Positions 63,504-64,000 of a stretch of 64,000 nt of DNA are shown here, one piece after another (position 1 is the stretch's first letter; the number at the start of each line of letters is the position of its first letter). Source of the stretch: Catajapyx aquilonaris (taxonomy: Eukaryota); the NCBI GenBank assembly GCA_000934665.2, contig KZ538276.1:1-64000 (forward strand), given 5' to 3'. The notes beneath the pieces are model-generated. The model was given only the letters and a program-made list of their open reading frames with translations. It searched no databases and was not told the origin of the DNA. The position numbers and the translations under genes were made by a program.

Positions 63504-63594
63504 CTGTGCCAAAAAAAAAGTCAAGTGGAAAATTGTAGAACCTATAGTCTATCATATATAGGCATTATTCGAAGAAAAAAAAATCTAATCTTAC

Positions 63595-63736
63595 CTTAAC
63601 TGTCGGGTACGTGTGTCGTACATTTCCATTTCAAATAGCTGTGGCAAACCGCCGTCATAACCGGGCTCGCATTCGATTTCCATCGCATCTGCAGTCAGAT
63701 TGAGCAGAGTGCAGTTCCTCAGTGGAAGAGGACGTT
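63595..63736 (-). CDS. Sidestep-like exon, N-terminal half of FN3 domain (ERPLPLRNCTLLNLTADAMEIECEPGYDGGLPQLFEMEMYDTRTRQLR)
   Basis: Acceptor tattcag| at 63737-63738 and donor AG|gtaaga at 63594. The C...C.PGYDGGLPQ.F motif is typical of Side/nephrin FN3 domains. Confidence 0.93.
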
Positions 63737-64000
63737 CTGAATAAGATGTAACAATCACAACATTATCTATCAAGTTTACATACCAGCACATTTTTGAGCA
63801 TGCTTGTACTTAATATCATGACCTTTTTTTTTTAAAAAAAAAAAGCCGGATTAAGCATAATTTATGGGGGTCAGTGTTTGCTTTTCCAGGCAAATGGCCG
63901 CTACTCAGCAGCTCTATGAGAAGTATAATCATGAAGATAGATCGCGAGCCATAAAATTCATTCCCCAACTCTAACACTGTAGTTTAAAAAATTAATCTCT

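Larger units (their letters stand above)
49860..63736 (-). other. Gene span (3' part): Sidestep-family / nephrin-like Ig-superfamily transmembrane adhesion protein; 5' Ig-domain exons lie beyond the right edge of the window
   Basis: Five exons joined by GT-AG introns with consistent phases (2,1,1,0) give one ORF: FN3 (PLPLRNC...CEPGYDGGLPQLFEME...NAKGRSEPVVLE...AEKRT), TM helix, DPDVIP motif and terminal ELNG..IKE.L....PESCV*. This architecture matches arthropod Side-family proteins as I recall them; the exact orthologue cannot be assigned without a search. Confidence 0.9.

Overview
Eukaryotic, intron-containing, repeat-rich DNA, most likely from an arthropod (degenerate TTAGG arrays, tRNA-derived SINEs, a Sidestep-family gene). 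The only well-supported protein-coding gene is the 3' part of a Sidestep/nephrin-like Ig-superfamily adhesion gene on the minus strand. I reconstructed five exons by hand with GT-AG junctions and matching phases: 63736-63595, 63503-63349, 57327-56983, 53920-53730 and 49997-49860. They encode an FN3 domain, a transmembrane helix, a DPDVIP motif and a C-terminal ...VPESCV* PDZ-binding tail; two of them are missing from the supplied ORF track. The remaining ~49 kb has no convincing CDS. It holds many non-autonomous elements (Tc1/mariner/pogo, hAT, PIF/Harbinger, EnSpm-like and P-like MITEs with readable target-site duplications), three SINE types, minisatellites and numerous fold-back palindromes. 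I found no transposase or RT ORF, CRISPR array, rRNA or real tRNA gene. The most unusual signals are (i) a double hairpin at 61.7-61.9 kb whose geometry fits cruciform cleavage and hairpin-end repair, together with other local inverted duplications; (ii) a short RTE-5'-like retroposon with a structured head; (iii) SINEs sharing one body but differing in head and tail; (iv) candidate unannotated minus-strand exons. No new multi-gene system is supported. Family names come from recalled TIR/TSD rules and motifs, not from database searches.
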